A stretch of 64,000 bases of DNA, from positions 1 to 64,000 of the IMG/VR virus record IMGVR_UViG_3300034152_001291. One strand, 5' to 3'. This document shows positions 51,556 through 61,277 of the stretch, piece after piece. Below the pieces are notes generated by a model, which was not told the DNA's origin, searched no databases, and worked only from the letters and a program-made list of their open reading frames with translations. Source of the stretch: a virus. The stretch's first letter is position 1; each line of letters begins with the position of its first letter. Made by a program: the position numbers and the translations under genes.

Positions 51556-53319
51556 ATGACGACGAGTATCGACGGAAAGCCCCTCTTCATCACGAAAGAC
51601 GCCATCGCCGGCGACTTCGAGAAGACGGCGATGTACCGTTTGAGCCGCGACCCCTCCCAGTGGGAGAGGGAGATTCTGACCTTCCTGCACGAGCAGCAGC
51701 CCTTCCTCCAGGACTACGACGTGCGCGTTCACATGAACAAGACCGATCCTGATACTGGGGCCGGGGTGGGCCAAGTCGTCATCGAGGACAAGGTCGCCGT
51801 CCCCGTCATCATCGAGAACTTCAAGCTCTACCCTCTCGACATCTTCTGGCACGAGGACAAGCTGAAGCCCATGACCAAGCCGTCGATCATGTCGGCGCTC
51901 CAGACGATCTCCATCGGCAAGTCGGTGGAGCCGGGGCGGGGCGAGATCAGCGACATGAGCATCTACAACCTGACCCGTGCCCCCTTCTCGGGGAAGTACA
52001 GCTTCGCCGAGGGGCTCACGTACTCGCTCGACGATCTCCAGAGGATGGTCGAGACCCTCGGGGACGAGGGCTTCGAGTACGCGATGCGGTCCAACTTGAT
52101 GTTCAAGGAGGCCTTCGTCTCCTACGTCACGGGGGCGCAGGAAGGTCCCATCGAGAAGACCGCCCAGGACGAGAAGGGAGACGTCAGGGAGGTGGATTTC
52201 ACGCCCTACTACCCCGTCCAGTCAGCGGGCCTCCACGCGGTGGTCCGCGGCGGCCTCGACAAGGCGGCGGCCTTCGTCTTCGACCAGGTCATGGACTGGG
52301 ACGGAAATCTCGAGGAAGGTCGGAAGATGGCTCTCTGCCTGGACGACGGGTCGTACGCGATCCAGGAGTCCTTCGCCGGGCTCCCCATCGAGTCCGATGG
52401 GCTCGAGAAGAACGCGGAGGCCATGGATCCCTCCCGTCCGAGAAAGGGGGATGTGGGATTTTTCTGGCGCGTCAAGGAGGGCAGCGCCGTGGCTATGCGC
52501 CCGGCGGCGGTTCTCTATTCGGGAAGCGGGGAGGACTACGTGCCCTACGTCAAGGTGGCTGCATTGGGGTTCGATGGGAAGGAGAGAAGCATCTACCAGG
52601 GAGAGGCCTACCGGGACGCACTCGTCGTGGGTGAGGGGGTTTTCCTCTCCTCCGACTGGAACTGGACCAAGCTGGGGCGGGCCCGCACGCTCTCCGACCC
52701 TGCGGAGGCCAACCGGTTCGAGTGGCCGGATGGGGTTGCGAGCATTCACCGCCAGGGCTCCGGTCTCCGGGTCGAGGGTCTCGACGGATTTCCCAAGTAC
52801 GCCGAGAGCGAGAAGGTGGTGAAGGGAAAGCTCGAGAAGATCATGGCCCCGGAGATTCTCGGCACACTCCTCAAGAAGGCCAAGGGCGGCGGGAGCGTCT
52901 ACTTCGTCTTCACCAAGAGAGGGGTGGTCAAGGAGGCGTCCGAGCGTAAGCGCGACGCCCTGGTCAAGGTGGCCGGCACCCGGCTTGGACCCGTGAACCT
53001 GGTCCAAGCGGCAGCTCACCTGAAGCCGGCCCGCTATGACTTCTTCAAGCTGGCGGTCGACTTCGACGAGGAGAAGACCAAGAAGACCATCGACTCGGTC
53101 CTGAGCCTGAACTTCATCAATGATGACAACCTCTACAAATTCGTGGAGAATACATCGGATCTGGAGGAGGCAGTCGATGCCCTGGCGAAACTCCTGATCG
53201 GGGCGCGCCTCGGTCTCGACATCGAGGACTCTCCCATTCGGACCGCCCTCTTCTCGATGGACGAGGTGGTCAGGCAGCTGAAGCACTTGGGGTCCCAGGT
53301 GTATGGCGAAGAAAGCTAA
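51556..53319 (+). CDS. putative head/internal protein with many K-x-A motifs
   Basis: AGGAGG RBS; FEKTA, IEKTA, LDKAA, LEKNA, VKEAS, LVKVA, FFKLA. Confidence 0.75.
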   Translation: MTTSIDGKPLFITKDAIAGDFEKTAMYRLSRDPSQWEREILTFLHEQQPFLQDYDVRVHMNKTDPDTGAGVGQVVIEDKVAVPVIIENFKLYPLDIFWHEDKLKPMTKPSIMSALQTISIGKSVEPGRGEISDMSIYNLTRAPFSGKYSFAEGLTYSLDDLQRMVETLGDEGFEYAMRSNLMFKEAFVSYVTGAQEGPIEKTAQDEKGDVREVDFTPYYPVQSAGLHAVVRGGLDKAAAFVFDQVMDWDGNLEEGRKMALCLDDGSYAIQESFAGLPIESDGLEKNAEAMDPSRPRKGDVGFFWRVKEGSAVAMRPAAVLYSGSGEDYVPYVKVAALGFDGKERSIYQGEAYRDALVVGEGVFLSSDWNWTKLGRARTLSDPAEANRFEWPDGVASIHRQGSGLRVEGLDGFPKYAESEKVVKGKLEKIMAPEILGTLLKKAKGGGSVYFVFTKRGVVKEASERKRDALVKVAGTRLGPVNLVQAAAHLKPARYDFFKLAVDFDEEKTKKTIDSVLSLNFINDDNLYKFVENTSDLEEAVDALAKLLIGARLGLDIEDSPIRTALFSMDEVVRQLKHLGSQVYGEES

Positions 53320-54373
53320 GCGAGAAGAACTGTCCAGGGTACGGATTCTGACCAAGTACGACTTGAGTTCGGTATCGCTGGATGTTCTGGAGGGGATGGG
53401 CCTCCTCAAGGGAGACTTCGAGTACAAGAGGGGCAAGGCGTACCTCGAGGTAACCAAGGAGGACGACTTCACGCTTCGCTGCGCCAGGAACGACCTCAGG
53501 AGCTTTCCCGGGACGACACTTCCCTTCCACCGCTTTCTCTGTCTCCGTTTCATCAACACGTCCATCGAGGAGATCCAGGAGGAAATCTTCAGGCTCGATC
53601 TCCTTCCGTCCAGAAAGGTCTTCACGATCGCCGCGCTGAAGAAGATCAAGGCGGAGTTCATGAAGCGGCTTCCCAAGGAGCTGTCGGATCTGGTCAAGAA
53701 AGGGAGAGAGCCCAAAAACAAGACGGAGACTGCGAGGCTCGATCATTTCCTGACGGTCCTCGGGGTGTCCGCCTACTACGCCCGTCCCGACCTCCTGGAG
53801 GATCTGCGGTCCCTCATGCCTCTCAAGAGTACGGTCGATCCATTCCTGACCACGGCCTGCCTCGACCATGAAGTCTCGGAGGCGTTGAGCAAGATCGTCG
53901 GGGAGAAGGTCCCCGATATCGCGGTCTCTTCCTACCGGATCGTCTTTCACGCTGTTGGGGAGATGAACGATCAGGCCTTCGAGAAATACCTGACCTTCGT
54001 CGAGCCTACGAGGGCTCGGATGTTTCGGGAGGCGCGCCGCCTGACGTTCCAGGAGTTCGCCGCGAAGAGGGGCCTCGACGTCGTCGAATATCAGGAAGTC
54101 CTGAAGCGCTTGATGATGGAGAAGCAGAAGCTGATTCTCAACGCCGGGCGTTTCAAGAGCGCGGAAATGGTGCAAGCCCATCGCGCGGCCGTGGACGCCT
54201 ACCTGAAGATCTACAAGGTCCTCGAGGACGCCGGTTCGGTCGGGAAGGAAAGTCGCAAGAAGATCTCGGACATCTTCGGCAAGTTCATTGTGAAGAAAGT
54301 CTCCGGGCAGGGAGACGTCCCTCTCAGGAGGATCACCGACCTCGAGGGGGAAGCGGAAGCTGACGTCGGCTGA
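53303..54373 (+). CDS. hypothetical protein, candidate terminase small subunit
   Basis: Helical; directly upstream of terL; function inferred from position only. Confidence 0.55.
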   Translation: MAKKAKREELSRVRILTKYDLSSVSLDVLEGMGLLKGDFEYKRGKAYLEVTKEDDFTLRCARNDLRSFPGTTLPFHRFLCLRFINTSIEEIQEEIFRLDLLPSRKVFTIAALKKIKAEFMKRLPKELSDLVKKGREPKNKTETARLDHFLTVLGVSAYYARPDLLEDLRSLMPLKSTVDPFLTTACLDHEVSEALSKIVGEKVPDIAVSSYRIVFHAVGEMNDQAFEKYLTFVEPTRARMFREARRLTFQEFAAKRGLDVVEYQEVLKRLMMEKQKLILNAGRFKSAEMVQAHRAAVDAYLKIYKVLEDAGSVGKESRKKISDIFGKFIVKKVSGQGDVPLRRITDLEGEAEADVG

Positions 54374-54378
54374 GGTTC

Positions 54379-56184
54379 ATGAAAATCTCCTACGAAGATC
54401 CCGTCTCCAGCGGAATCCGCCGCGCGATCAATCCGGACAAGTTCCGGGTATGGGACACCCCTTCCTGTTCGGGAGACCTGGTCCAGGAGGGGGTGGTCGA
54501 TGTCGCCAAGGATTTCGAGTTCGAGCAGGCCTTCGAGGATAATGAGATCCTCCTCGAGGGGAAATACTCGGACTTCGCCCAGCACCTCGTGACGATCAAC
54601 CGGAAGCCCTTGTCTCTCGAGGGGCGGGAATACCTGAAGCCGATCTACGACCAGTACGAGGAGTTTCCCCGGGGATCGAAAGACATCGTCCTTGTCGCGG
54701 GAAGGCAGGTCGAGAAGTCCAGCTCGATGGCGTCCATTGCCATCACGCGCTGCTGTGTGATCCCCTCCCATACCGTGCTGGTCATCCAGCCCCGGGACGC
54801 CCAGACCAAGATCTTCAGCCAGCAGCGCTTCGACCCGATGGCCACCGACTCCGAGGTCCTTCAGGAGCTTTTCCTCGGGACCAAGAACGTGTGGCAGGTC
54901 GGCGCCAAGATCTTCAACAACGGTTCGGTCGCCAACTTCAAGTCCTGCTTCTATTCGGCGGACCCCATCCGGGGCATCACGTCGGGCGATCTCTTCATCG
55001 ACGAGTTGCAGGACGTGATATCGGACAACATCCCCGTTCTCGAGGAGTGCCAGTCCCACATCTTCCCCGAGGACCGGTTCAACCTCTACGCCGGGACGCC
55101 GAAGACGACCTCCAACACCCTGAACCTCCACTACAAGGAGACATGCCAGTTCGAGTGGATGGTGAAGTGCCAGGGCTGCAAGCACTACAACTTTCTCGAT
55201 GCGAAGGTCATCGGGAAGCACCACTACATCTGCTCGAGGTGCGGGAAGCAGATCTATCCTCTCCTGCACGGGGAGTGGGTCGCGATGCGCCCGAGCAAGA
55301 TCGACGATCGGTGGGGATTTCGCGTGTCGCAGATCATGGTCCCCTTCATGCGTCACAGCGAGGTCCTCAACAAGATGGAGAACCCGAACATCCCGACACG
55401 GGTTTTCCACAACGAGGTCCTCGGCCTCTCTTACGACGTGGGGCAGCTTCTCCTGACGGAGGGGGACATCCTCCGTCGTTGCGAGCCCAGGGTCCCCGAC
55501 ACGCACGAGACGATTCACAAGAGGAGGGATGTCTTCCTCTGCGCCGGGGTGGATCACGGGACCGGGGACTTCGCGGCAGGGGGCATGACGGATCTGGGTG
55601 TGGCCCGGAAGGCCTCCACCCGCCCCTCGTTCACTGCGATAGCGCTCGGCGGTTTCTGCTCCGACAACAAGTTCAGGATCTTCCGGCTGATCAAGTTCAC
55701 GGGGGAGATGGCGAATCTCGCCCGGCAGCCCGAGTTCATCGACGAGGTCATCCGATCCTATGGGGCGAAGTGGATCATGTCCGACCACGGTTTCGGCGCC
55801 CATACGAACGCCAGACTGGTGTCGGACCATGGCTGGACCCGCGTGGAGGACGAGCTGAATCCCCTTCTCATGGAGTGCGAATACTCGGGGATCCAGAAGA
55901 TTCCCGTGAAGTGGCACTCCCGAGCCTACCGCTACATCGTCCAGCGGAACTTCGCGATCGAGCACACCGTGGACGGGATCAAGAAGGGCGAGATCCTCTT
56001 CTTCAACGAGGGGGAGATGAAGCCCTACCTGGACGACTTCACGACCATGTTCACGGAGTACGATTTCAGGAGCAAGTCGGTTCGTTACGACCACGTCCTG
56101 CCGGACGACTGTTTCCAGGCCGTGGTCTACTGTTATCTGGCCGCCTTGCAGCGGCGGGGGAGGCTCACCCCCAGCTACGGTTAG
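54379..56184 (+). CDS. terL: terminase large subunit
   Basis: Walker A variant AGRQVEKSS, Walker B LFIDE, AGTP, CxxC pairs, nuclease AGVDHG and PDDCFQA. Confidence 0.88.
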   Translation: MKISYEDPVSSGIRRAINPDKFRVWDTPSCSGDLVQEGVVDVAKDFEFEQAFEDNEILLEGKYSDFAQHLVTINRKPLSLEGREYLKPIYDQYEEFPRGSKDIVLVAGRQVEKSSSMASIAITRCCVIPSHTVLVIQPRDAQTKIFSQQRFDPMATDSEVLQELFLGTKNVWQVGAKIFNNGSVANFKSCFYSADPIRGITSGDLFIDELQDVISDNIPVLEECQSHIFPEDRFNLYAGTPKTTSNTLNLHYKETCQFEWMVKCQGCKHYNFLDAKVIGKHHYICSRCGKQIYPLLHGEWVAMRPSKIDDRWGFRVSQIMVPFMRHSEVLNKMENPNIPTRVFHNEVLGLSYDVGQLLLTEGDILRRCEPRVPDTHETIHKRRDVFLCAGVDHGTGDFAAGGMTDLGVARKASTRPSFTAIALGGFCSDNKFRIFRLIKFTGEMANLARQPEFIDEVIRSYGAKWIMSDHGFGAHTNARLVSDHGWTRVEDELNPLLMECEYSGIQKIPVKWHSRAYRYIVQRNFAIEHTVDGIKKGEILFFNEGEMKPYLDDFTTMFTEYDFRSKSVRYDHVLPDDCFQAVVYCYLAALQRRGRLTPSYG

Positions 56185-56186
56185 GA

Positions 56187-56214
56187 TTGACACGGGCGGA
56201 TCGGGGCGTACCCT
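56187..56214 (+). promoter_or_regulatory. sigma70-like promoter TTGACA-N16-TACCCT
   Basis: Perfect -35; intergenic, upstream of 56239. Confidence 0.6.
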
Positions 56215-56238
56215 TTTGATGCTACGAGGAGAAACGCC

Positions 56239-57360
56239 ATGAACATCGATCCCATGAAGCTGGCCGACCTGGCCAAGATCGCGAGCGAGCGGTACCTCTC
56301 GGAAGGGAAGCCCCTGAAGGAGGTGGTCGCCGCCCTGGCGGAGGAGCACGAGCTCTCCCCCATGCAGATTCGCAGGGTCGCGGAGTTCGCCAACCACGAG
56401 ACCAACCTGGCGCTCCTGAAACGCTCCGAGGACAAGAATTACACCTTCGATCTGGCCGATCCCGACCAGATCATCCAGGAGGTCCAGTCGGGGACCGTCA
56501 AGACGGCCTCCGTCACGGAGATGGACCTCCTCTCCGTCCTCGACATCTTCCGTCCCTCCCAGGACATGACGAAGGTCGCCGAGGAGATCGAGGGCGTCCG
56601 GAACGACGCCCCGTGGAACAAGGAGGCCTGTGAGCGGCAGGTCGAAATGCTTCTCGAGGACCTCCTCCGGGAGACCGTGTCCCTCAAGAAGGAGGGGGAG
56701 GCGCGGGGTTTCCAGATCCGTGCGGAGATGGAGGTCTGCTTCGAGAAGATCGCTGGGATGGCGCGGGAGCACCTTCAGCAGAATCGTGGAAAGCTGTCCG
56801 ACCTCCTGAAGTTCGCCTGCTCTTACGATCCCGAGAGTTCGGAGGTCTGGAAAGCGCTCTTCGGAGGGCTGAAGGACGAGCTGATGAAGCTGGGCTCCCC
56901 CGTGGACGCCAGGCTCATCGCCGACGACCTGGAGATTCCGGACGGTACGCTTGAGATCGTGAACGGCGAGCACACGCTCGCCATCCAGCTGGACACCCTG
57001 AAGAACAAGATCAGCGACGAGGACCGCTGCAAGAGGAAGACCGCCGTTCTCGGCACCTTTGGCAACGCGGTCATCGACCAGATGGAAATCCTGAAGACGC
57101 CGGAGGACGTGGACCGGAACATGGCCGAGTCCCTGGAGTACCTCTCGAAGAAGGCTTCCGAGGGGTTCGACGCGTTCACGGACTTCCTCCTGAAGGAATC
57201 GAAGCTTCTCGGTCCCACCGGGAAGATTCTTCTCCTCCTCGGCGGCGCCGGCGCCGTGAAGACGCTCGGCGACATCGAGAAGGAGACGGTGAAGGGAACG
57301 ATCAAGGGCACGGCCCGGGAACGGGACGAGCGTCGGAGGCTCCGCGAACTCACCCGATAG
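56239..57360 (+). CDS. putative head/internal protein with K-x-A motifs
   Basis: GAGGAG RBS; LAKIAS, VKTAS, MTKVA, FEKIA, SKKAS; QIRRVAEFAN. Confidence 0.75.
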   Translation: MNIDPMKLADLAKIASERYLSEGKPLKEVVAALAEEHELSPMQIRRVAEFANHETNLALLKRSEDKNYTFDLADPDQIIQEVQSGTVKTASVTEMDLLSVLDIFRPSQDMTKVAEEIEGVRNDAPWNKEACERQVEMLLEDLLRETVSLKKEGEARGFQIRAEMEVCFEKIAGMAREHLQQNRGKLSDLLKFACSYDPESSEVWKALFGGLKDELMKLGSPVDARLIADDLEIPDGTLEIVNGEHTLAIQLDTLKNKISDEDRCKRKTAVLGTFGNAVIDQMEILKTPEDVDRNMAESLEYLSKKASEGFDAFTDFLLKESKLLGPTGKILLLLGGAGAVKTLGDIEKETVKGTIKGTARERDERRRLRELTR

Positions 57361-57391
57361 CTCGATGGTTCTGCTCGTGAGGAGATGCTGG

Positions 57392-58066
57392 ATGTCTCTT
57401 CTGAAGAAATACTCCTGCCTGTACGGCGATCTCGACTTCACCCCCGAAGAGGAGGCGGATCTCGGGGCGTTCGCCGCGCGCCTGATCAAGGTGGCCGTGG
57501 ACGGAAATCCGGAGGCGCTCGAAGAGTTCTTCCGGAGGGAGTTCGAGGGGGAAATGGACAAGGTGGCGTGCGAGCGCGTCCTGGACTACGGGAACTGGAT
57601 CGTCGAGTTCGACAAGACGGCCGCGCCGCTGGGAGCCGTGATGTCCACCCTCGGGAAGGCATTGGCTCCGCTTTCGCTCGCGCTTGCCGCTGCGCCCCTC
57701 GTTGGACACGGCGTGAAGGCGCTCGGCCGCAAGGGGGGCCTGGAGAAGTCCCTGGAGCAGATCTACAAGCAGAAGCCCCACCTTCGCCAGGACCCCCACA
57801 CGAAGGACTACTTCGAGTCGATCGCATCGTTTGCCCCCGAGGTCGCGAGGAGTCCGCTTCTGGCGGGGAACGTGATCGACCAAATGCACCGGGTCGGTCC
57901 GTCCTACGTGACGCCCCAGCTGATCCGGGAACTGGTGGGGCTCCAGACCCAGACCCAGATGCAGGGTCCGATGGCGACGCCGACGGGGGCGGCGGCCGGC
58001 ATGGCCAAGCCCACCATGGACCTCGCCCAATTTCTCTCGCAGCAGTACGGCAAGGGAGGTCGGTAG
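57392..58066 (+). CDS. putative internal virion protein with K-x-A-rich N-terminus and hydrophobic segment
   Basis: LIKVA, MDKVA, FDKTAA then LGAVMSTLGKALAPLSLALAAAPLV. Confidence 0.7.
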   Translation: MSLLKKYSCLYGDLDFTPEEEADLGAFAARLIKVAVDGNPEALEEFFRREFEGEMDKVACERVLDYGNWIVEFDKTAAPLGAVMSTLGKALAPLSLALAAAPLVGHGVKALGRKGGLEKSLEQIYKQKPHLRQDPHTKDYFESIASFAPEVARSPLLAGNVIDQMHRVGPSYVTPQLIRELVGLQTQTQMQGPMATPTGAAAGMAKPTMDLAQFLSQQYGKGGR

Positions 58067-61000
58067 ATGGGCTACTACCAGGGCCCCCAGATGTACGTGC
58101 TTCCCCGCGAAGAATTGAACCGCCTCTACGACAGGGTCGGCGTGAAAGGGAATCCCCCGTCCAAGGCCGCCCCCGACGTGGAGGATCTGAAGAAGACCGC
58201 GTCGGATCGGTTCGCCAGTTCCTTCGCCGCGCGCCAGATGGGAATGCTGGTGAAGAAGGCCCAGACGCCGGGACGTATTGGGCCGTTGTCGAGAAGAGGG
58301 CTGCCGAAGATGACGCCTGAGTCTCGTGAGGCAGCCCGGAAACGTCTCGCGGAACGAGAACGTCCACCGCGCGGCACCCTTCCCGGCGGCCGCACCCAAG
58401 GTACCAACCCCTTTTCCGAGTGGCCGTCGCCGGGACCTGAGCCGGGGTCGGAACCCGGCGGGAGGACCACGCCTCAACTTGCGCAGCGTGAGGCTGCCCG
58501 AAAGCGTCGTGCGACAAGAATAGGGCGGGAGAAGATCGAAGAGGCCAGGGCGAAGGTCTCGAGGCCGTCCGTGGCGAAAGAGCCCCCGCTTGAGCTTCCC
58601 AGGGCAGCGTTGAAAGGTGTGGGGCGTGGAGTTCGCGCACTCGGAAAAGGGGTTGGTACCTTGGGTGCGGCCGCCGGGAAGGGTGCCGCACGGTACGCCA
58701 AGGGGGTAGCCGGGAAGGGCCTGCCGGCAATGGTCGCGGGTGCGGCTCCCATCGCCCTGGCTCCTTTCAGAGCGGCTTCGTCCGGACTGGCAGCCGTATC
58801 TCCCGGCTACAAGGAGCATATCTACAAGACCGTGCAAAAAGAGAAGGCCGGTCTTCACCCCGGGGTCAGCGGCGTTTTTCAGAGGAGAAGCGCCGAGGGT
58901 CTTCCCGAGAAGATGAAACCCGAGCCCGAAACGATCCCGAAGAAACCTCCGACCACTATGGAATTCGGAGGGAAGAAGGTCACCTACGAGAGGACGCCGG
59001 AGGGCGAACTCCGTCCGGCCAAGCCTCTCCCCGAGCCCGGTCGTCTCGGACGGGTGTTTCAGAAGGTTCCAGGAATGCGCCCCCTCGCGCGCCCCGAGCA
59101 GGCCGAGGCCTACCCGGAGCGTCAGACAAGAGCTCTCCGGGCGGAGAAGGCCGTGAAGGCTCCTTTCGCGGCTATCAGAAGAGTGGTCGGGCGTGGACCC
59201 GAGCGCGCCGCCTGGGGAGAGCTTACGAAAGCATTCGAAGCCCTCCCGGAAAAGGAAAAAGGGAAGGTCCTCGGTCTTCCAGAAAAGGAGCAGCTCGAGT
59301 ATATCAGGAAGAAGATCTCCAAAAAACCAGAGGAACAGCTCCTGAAGGGAAGAATGGGAAAGACGCCCGAAGTGCAGCAGCGCATTCTCGAGGCGGTGGA
59401 GGAGCAGCGCAGGCGCGAGCAGATTCCCCTCCCGGAGAGGGCCAGGGGCATCGCCGAGCGGAAAGAGATCGTGTTTCCCGAGGTCAAGGGGAAAAAGACT
59501 TTTGAGCGCCCCGCGACGGAGGAGGAAGTCCGCCGGTATCTCGAGACCAGAAAGCTCCCGGAGGGCGCAGAGTACAGGGGAAAGCTCAAGGAGATCAAGG
59601 ACATCGAGAAAGCCGTGGCGACCGGTCAGCCCCCGGAGTGGATCAGATCTCGAAAAGGTAAGGTCACCATCACTCCTCCTGGAACGCCTGCCGAGGAGGC
59701 GGCCAAGCAGCGGCTACAGGGAGTCCAGAAGACCAGGGCGGAAGAGCGGCGCCGCGCCAGGATGACGGCGGGCTATCCCGAGGAAAGGGAAGGTCTCGAG
59801 GGACTCCGCCCCGGGAAGGAGAAGGCTCCTCCCGTCGAGAAGCCCGAAGCCAAGAAGCCGGCCGGTGAGCCGAAGCCTCCGCCGCCATCCGGGGCCCCGA
59901 AGGAGGCTCCCGCAGGAGAGAGGCCGACCACCACTGAAGGATTGCGCCGGTGGGCCAACCAGGGGACGCTACATCAGATTCCCAAAGCCGAGATCCAGGC
60001 GATCGTGGCGAAGGAAGGCCTCACCAATCCGGAGGGAATCACGCAGAGTCTCCTGGCCCAGAGCAACCGGATGCGCGAAGCGGGGGCGGCGCAGCGAGGC
60101 CGGCCGCAGGCTGCTCAAGCCGCTCCCAGCGCCGAGGAGATGGCCCAACTGGGGAGGCGGGCGGCGGAGACTTCCCGACCAGGCGACGCCCTCGATCCTG
60201 CTGCTTATATGCTCAACAGGGCGGCAGAGATTCGAGAAATGACACCGAAGGAGATGCAGCCTCTCATCGACCTGGCGAGGAAAATGAGAAACACTCCTCC
60301 GAGGAAGCAGGGCGAAGTTCTTTCCGAGTTCCTCTCCAAAGCTCCCGAAGACAAAAGGGGGTTTTACAGAAGCCTCCTCGAGGAGTACGGGACCGCCTCC
60401 CAGACATCCGGGCGCGTCCGGGTGATGACGGAGGAGGCGGCCCGGGGGAGACTTCCCGAGGTCCAGTTCCGGCCCACGGGATCGCAAGCACAGATGAACG
60501 AGCAGGTCAGCAAGTACAACAAGTGGGCCGAAGAGATGAAGCGCGAGATCCCCGACTTCGATCCGAAAAGGGCGGAGGATGTCGCGGCGGCCCGGCAGCA
60601 CTTCCCGGAGCTTTTCCCCAAGGGTCTCGAGGAAGCGCTCCATGTGACCGAACCGGCCGCGCCTCAGATGCGCCAGGTCGTAGTGGAGTCGGCCCCCCTG
60701 TCTTCCCAGATCACGGCTCCGCAGGCCGAGGCCCGCCAGGCCGCCACGCAGCGCCTGATGGAAAGCGGCTGGACCCCGGAGCAGGCTCAGCAGATGACCG
60801 CGTTCATGGAGGGTCTGGGAGCCTTCCGGTCCACCGGAGTTCCGACCACACCGGCCCAGGGCCCTCCCGCCCCGGGAACTGCGCCCCCGGCCACCGGGGC
60901 CCCCGCTCCGGGGCAGATTCCCGTCGAGGAACTTGGGCAGCTGATCGGAGGGGGAGTGCCTCCCGGGCTTCAGCAGGCATTCGAGCAGGCCGGGGTCCGC

Positions 61001-61270
61001 CAACCCTCGGGGATAATGCGGACCGTTCTCGATATCGCTCCCTACATCGGTCTCCCGATGGCGGCTTCCATGCTCGGGCTGGAGGGAATCGTTCCCCAGC
61101 TCGGAGCCTTCGCGCTCGCTCCCTACGCCGGAGGCCGGCTCCAGTCCATGATGGGGTACGACCCGGCGATGGCGGAGCAGGTCAGGCAGCAGTATGCTCA
61201 ACAGCTCCTTCAGGGATTTCAGCAGGGGATGGGAAGGCAACGGACACTTCCCCCTCCTTCCATGAGTTAG
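58067..61270 (+). CDS. large low-complexity putative internal/ejection protein
   Basis: GGAGG RBS; LKKTAS, LVKKAQ near N-terminus; hydrophobic Gly/Ala segments. Confidence 0.7.
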   Translation: MGYYQGPQMYVLPREELNRLYDRVGVKGNPPSKAAPDVEDLKKTASDRFASSFAARQMGMLVKKAQTPGRIGPLSRRGLPKMTPESREAARKRLAERERPPRGTLPGGRTQGTNPFSEWPSPGPEPGSEPGGRTTPQLAQREAARKRRATRIGREKIEEARAKVSRPSVAKEPPLELPRAALKGVGRGVRALGKGVGTLGAAAGKGAARYAKGVAGKGLPAMVAGAAPIALAPFRAASSGLAAVSPGYKEHIYKTVQKEKAGLHPGVSGVFQRRSAEGLPEKMKPEPETIPKKPPTTMEFGGKKVTYERTPEGELRPAKPLPEPGRLGRVFQKVPGMRPLARPEQAEAYPERQTRALRAEKAVKAPFAAIRRVVGRGPERAAWGELTKAFEALPEKEKGKVLGLPEKEQLEYIRKKISKKPEEQLLKGRMGKTPEVQQRILEAVEEQRRREQIPLPERARGIAERKEIVFPEVKGKKTFERPATEEEVRRYLETRKLPEGAEYRGKLKEIKDIEKAVATGQPPEWIRSRKGKVTITPPGTPAEEAAKQRLQGVQKTRAEERRRARMTAGYPEEREGLEGLRPGKEKAPPVEKPEAKKPAGEPKPPPPSGAPKEAPAGERPTTTEGLRRWANQGTLHQIPKAEIQAIVAKEGLTNPEGITQSLLAQSNRMREAGAAQRGRPQAAQAAPSAEEMAQLGRRAAETSRPGDALDPAAYMLNRAAEIREMTPKEMQPLIDLARKMRNTPPRKQGEVLSEFLSKAPEDKRGFYRSLLEEYGTASQTSGRVRVMTEEAARGRLPEVQFRPTGSQAQMNEQVSKYNKWAEEMKREIPDFDPKRAEDVAAARQHFPELFPKGLEEALHVTEPAAPQMRQVVVESAPLSSQITAPQAEARQAATQRLMESGWTPEQAQQMTAFMEGLGAFRSTGVPTTPAQGPPAPGTAPPATGAPAPGQIPVEELGQLIGGGVPPGLQQAFEQAGVRQPSGIMRTVLDIAPYIGLPMAASMLGLEGIVPQLGAFALAPYAGGRLQSMMGYDPAMAEQVRQQYAQQLLQGFQQGMGRQRTLPPPSMS
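58371..58689. repeat. perfect 52-bp inverted repeat (58371-58422 and 58638-58689)
   Basis: GCGGCACCCTTCCCGGCGGCCGCACCCAAGGTACCAACCCCTTTTCCGAGTG and its exact reverse complement 215 bp apart. Confidence 0.9.
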
Positions 61271-61277
61271 AGGGAAA

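Noticed and set aside
54211-57561. Long antisense ORFs (also 27863..30691, 33733..35844, 22541..24505, 47884..49698)
   Set aside because: Mirror frames of real GC3-rich genes; no RBS or motifs
58067-61270. Tape measure protein
   Set aside because: Located among head genes, Pro-rich, no tail tube or chaperone context or TMP-like periodicity
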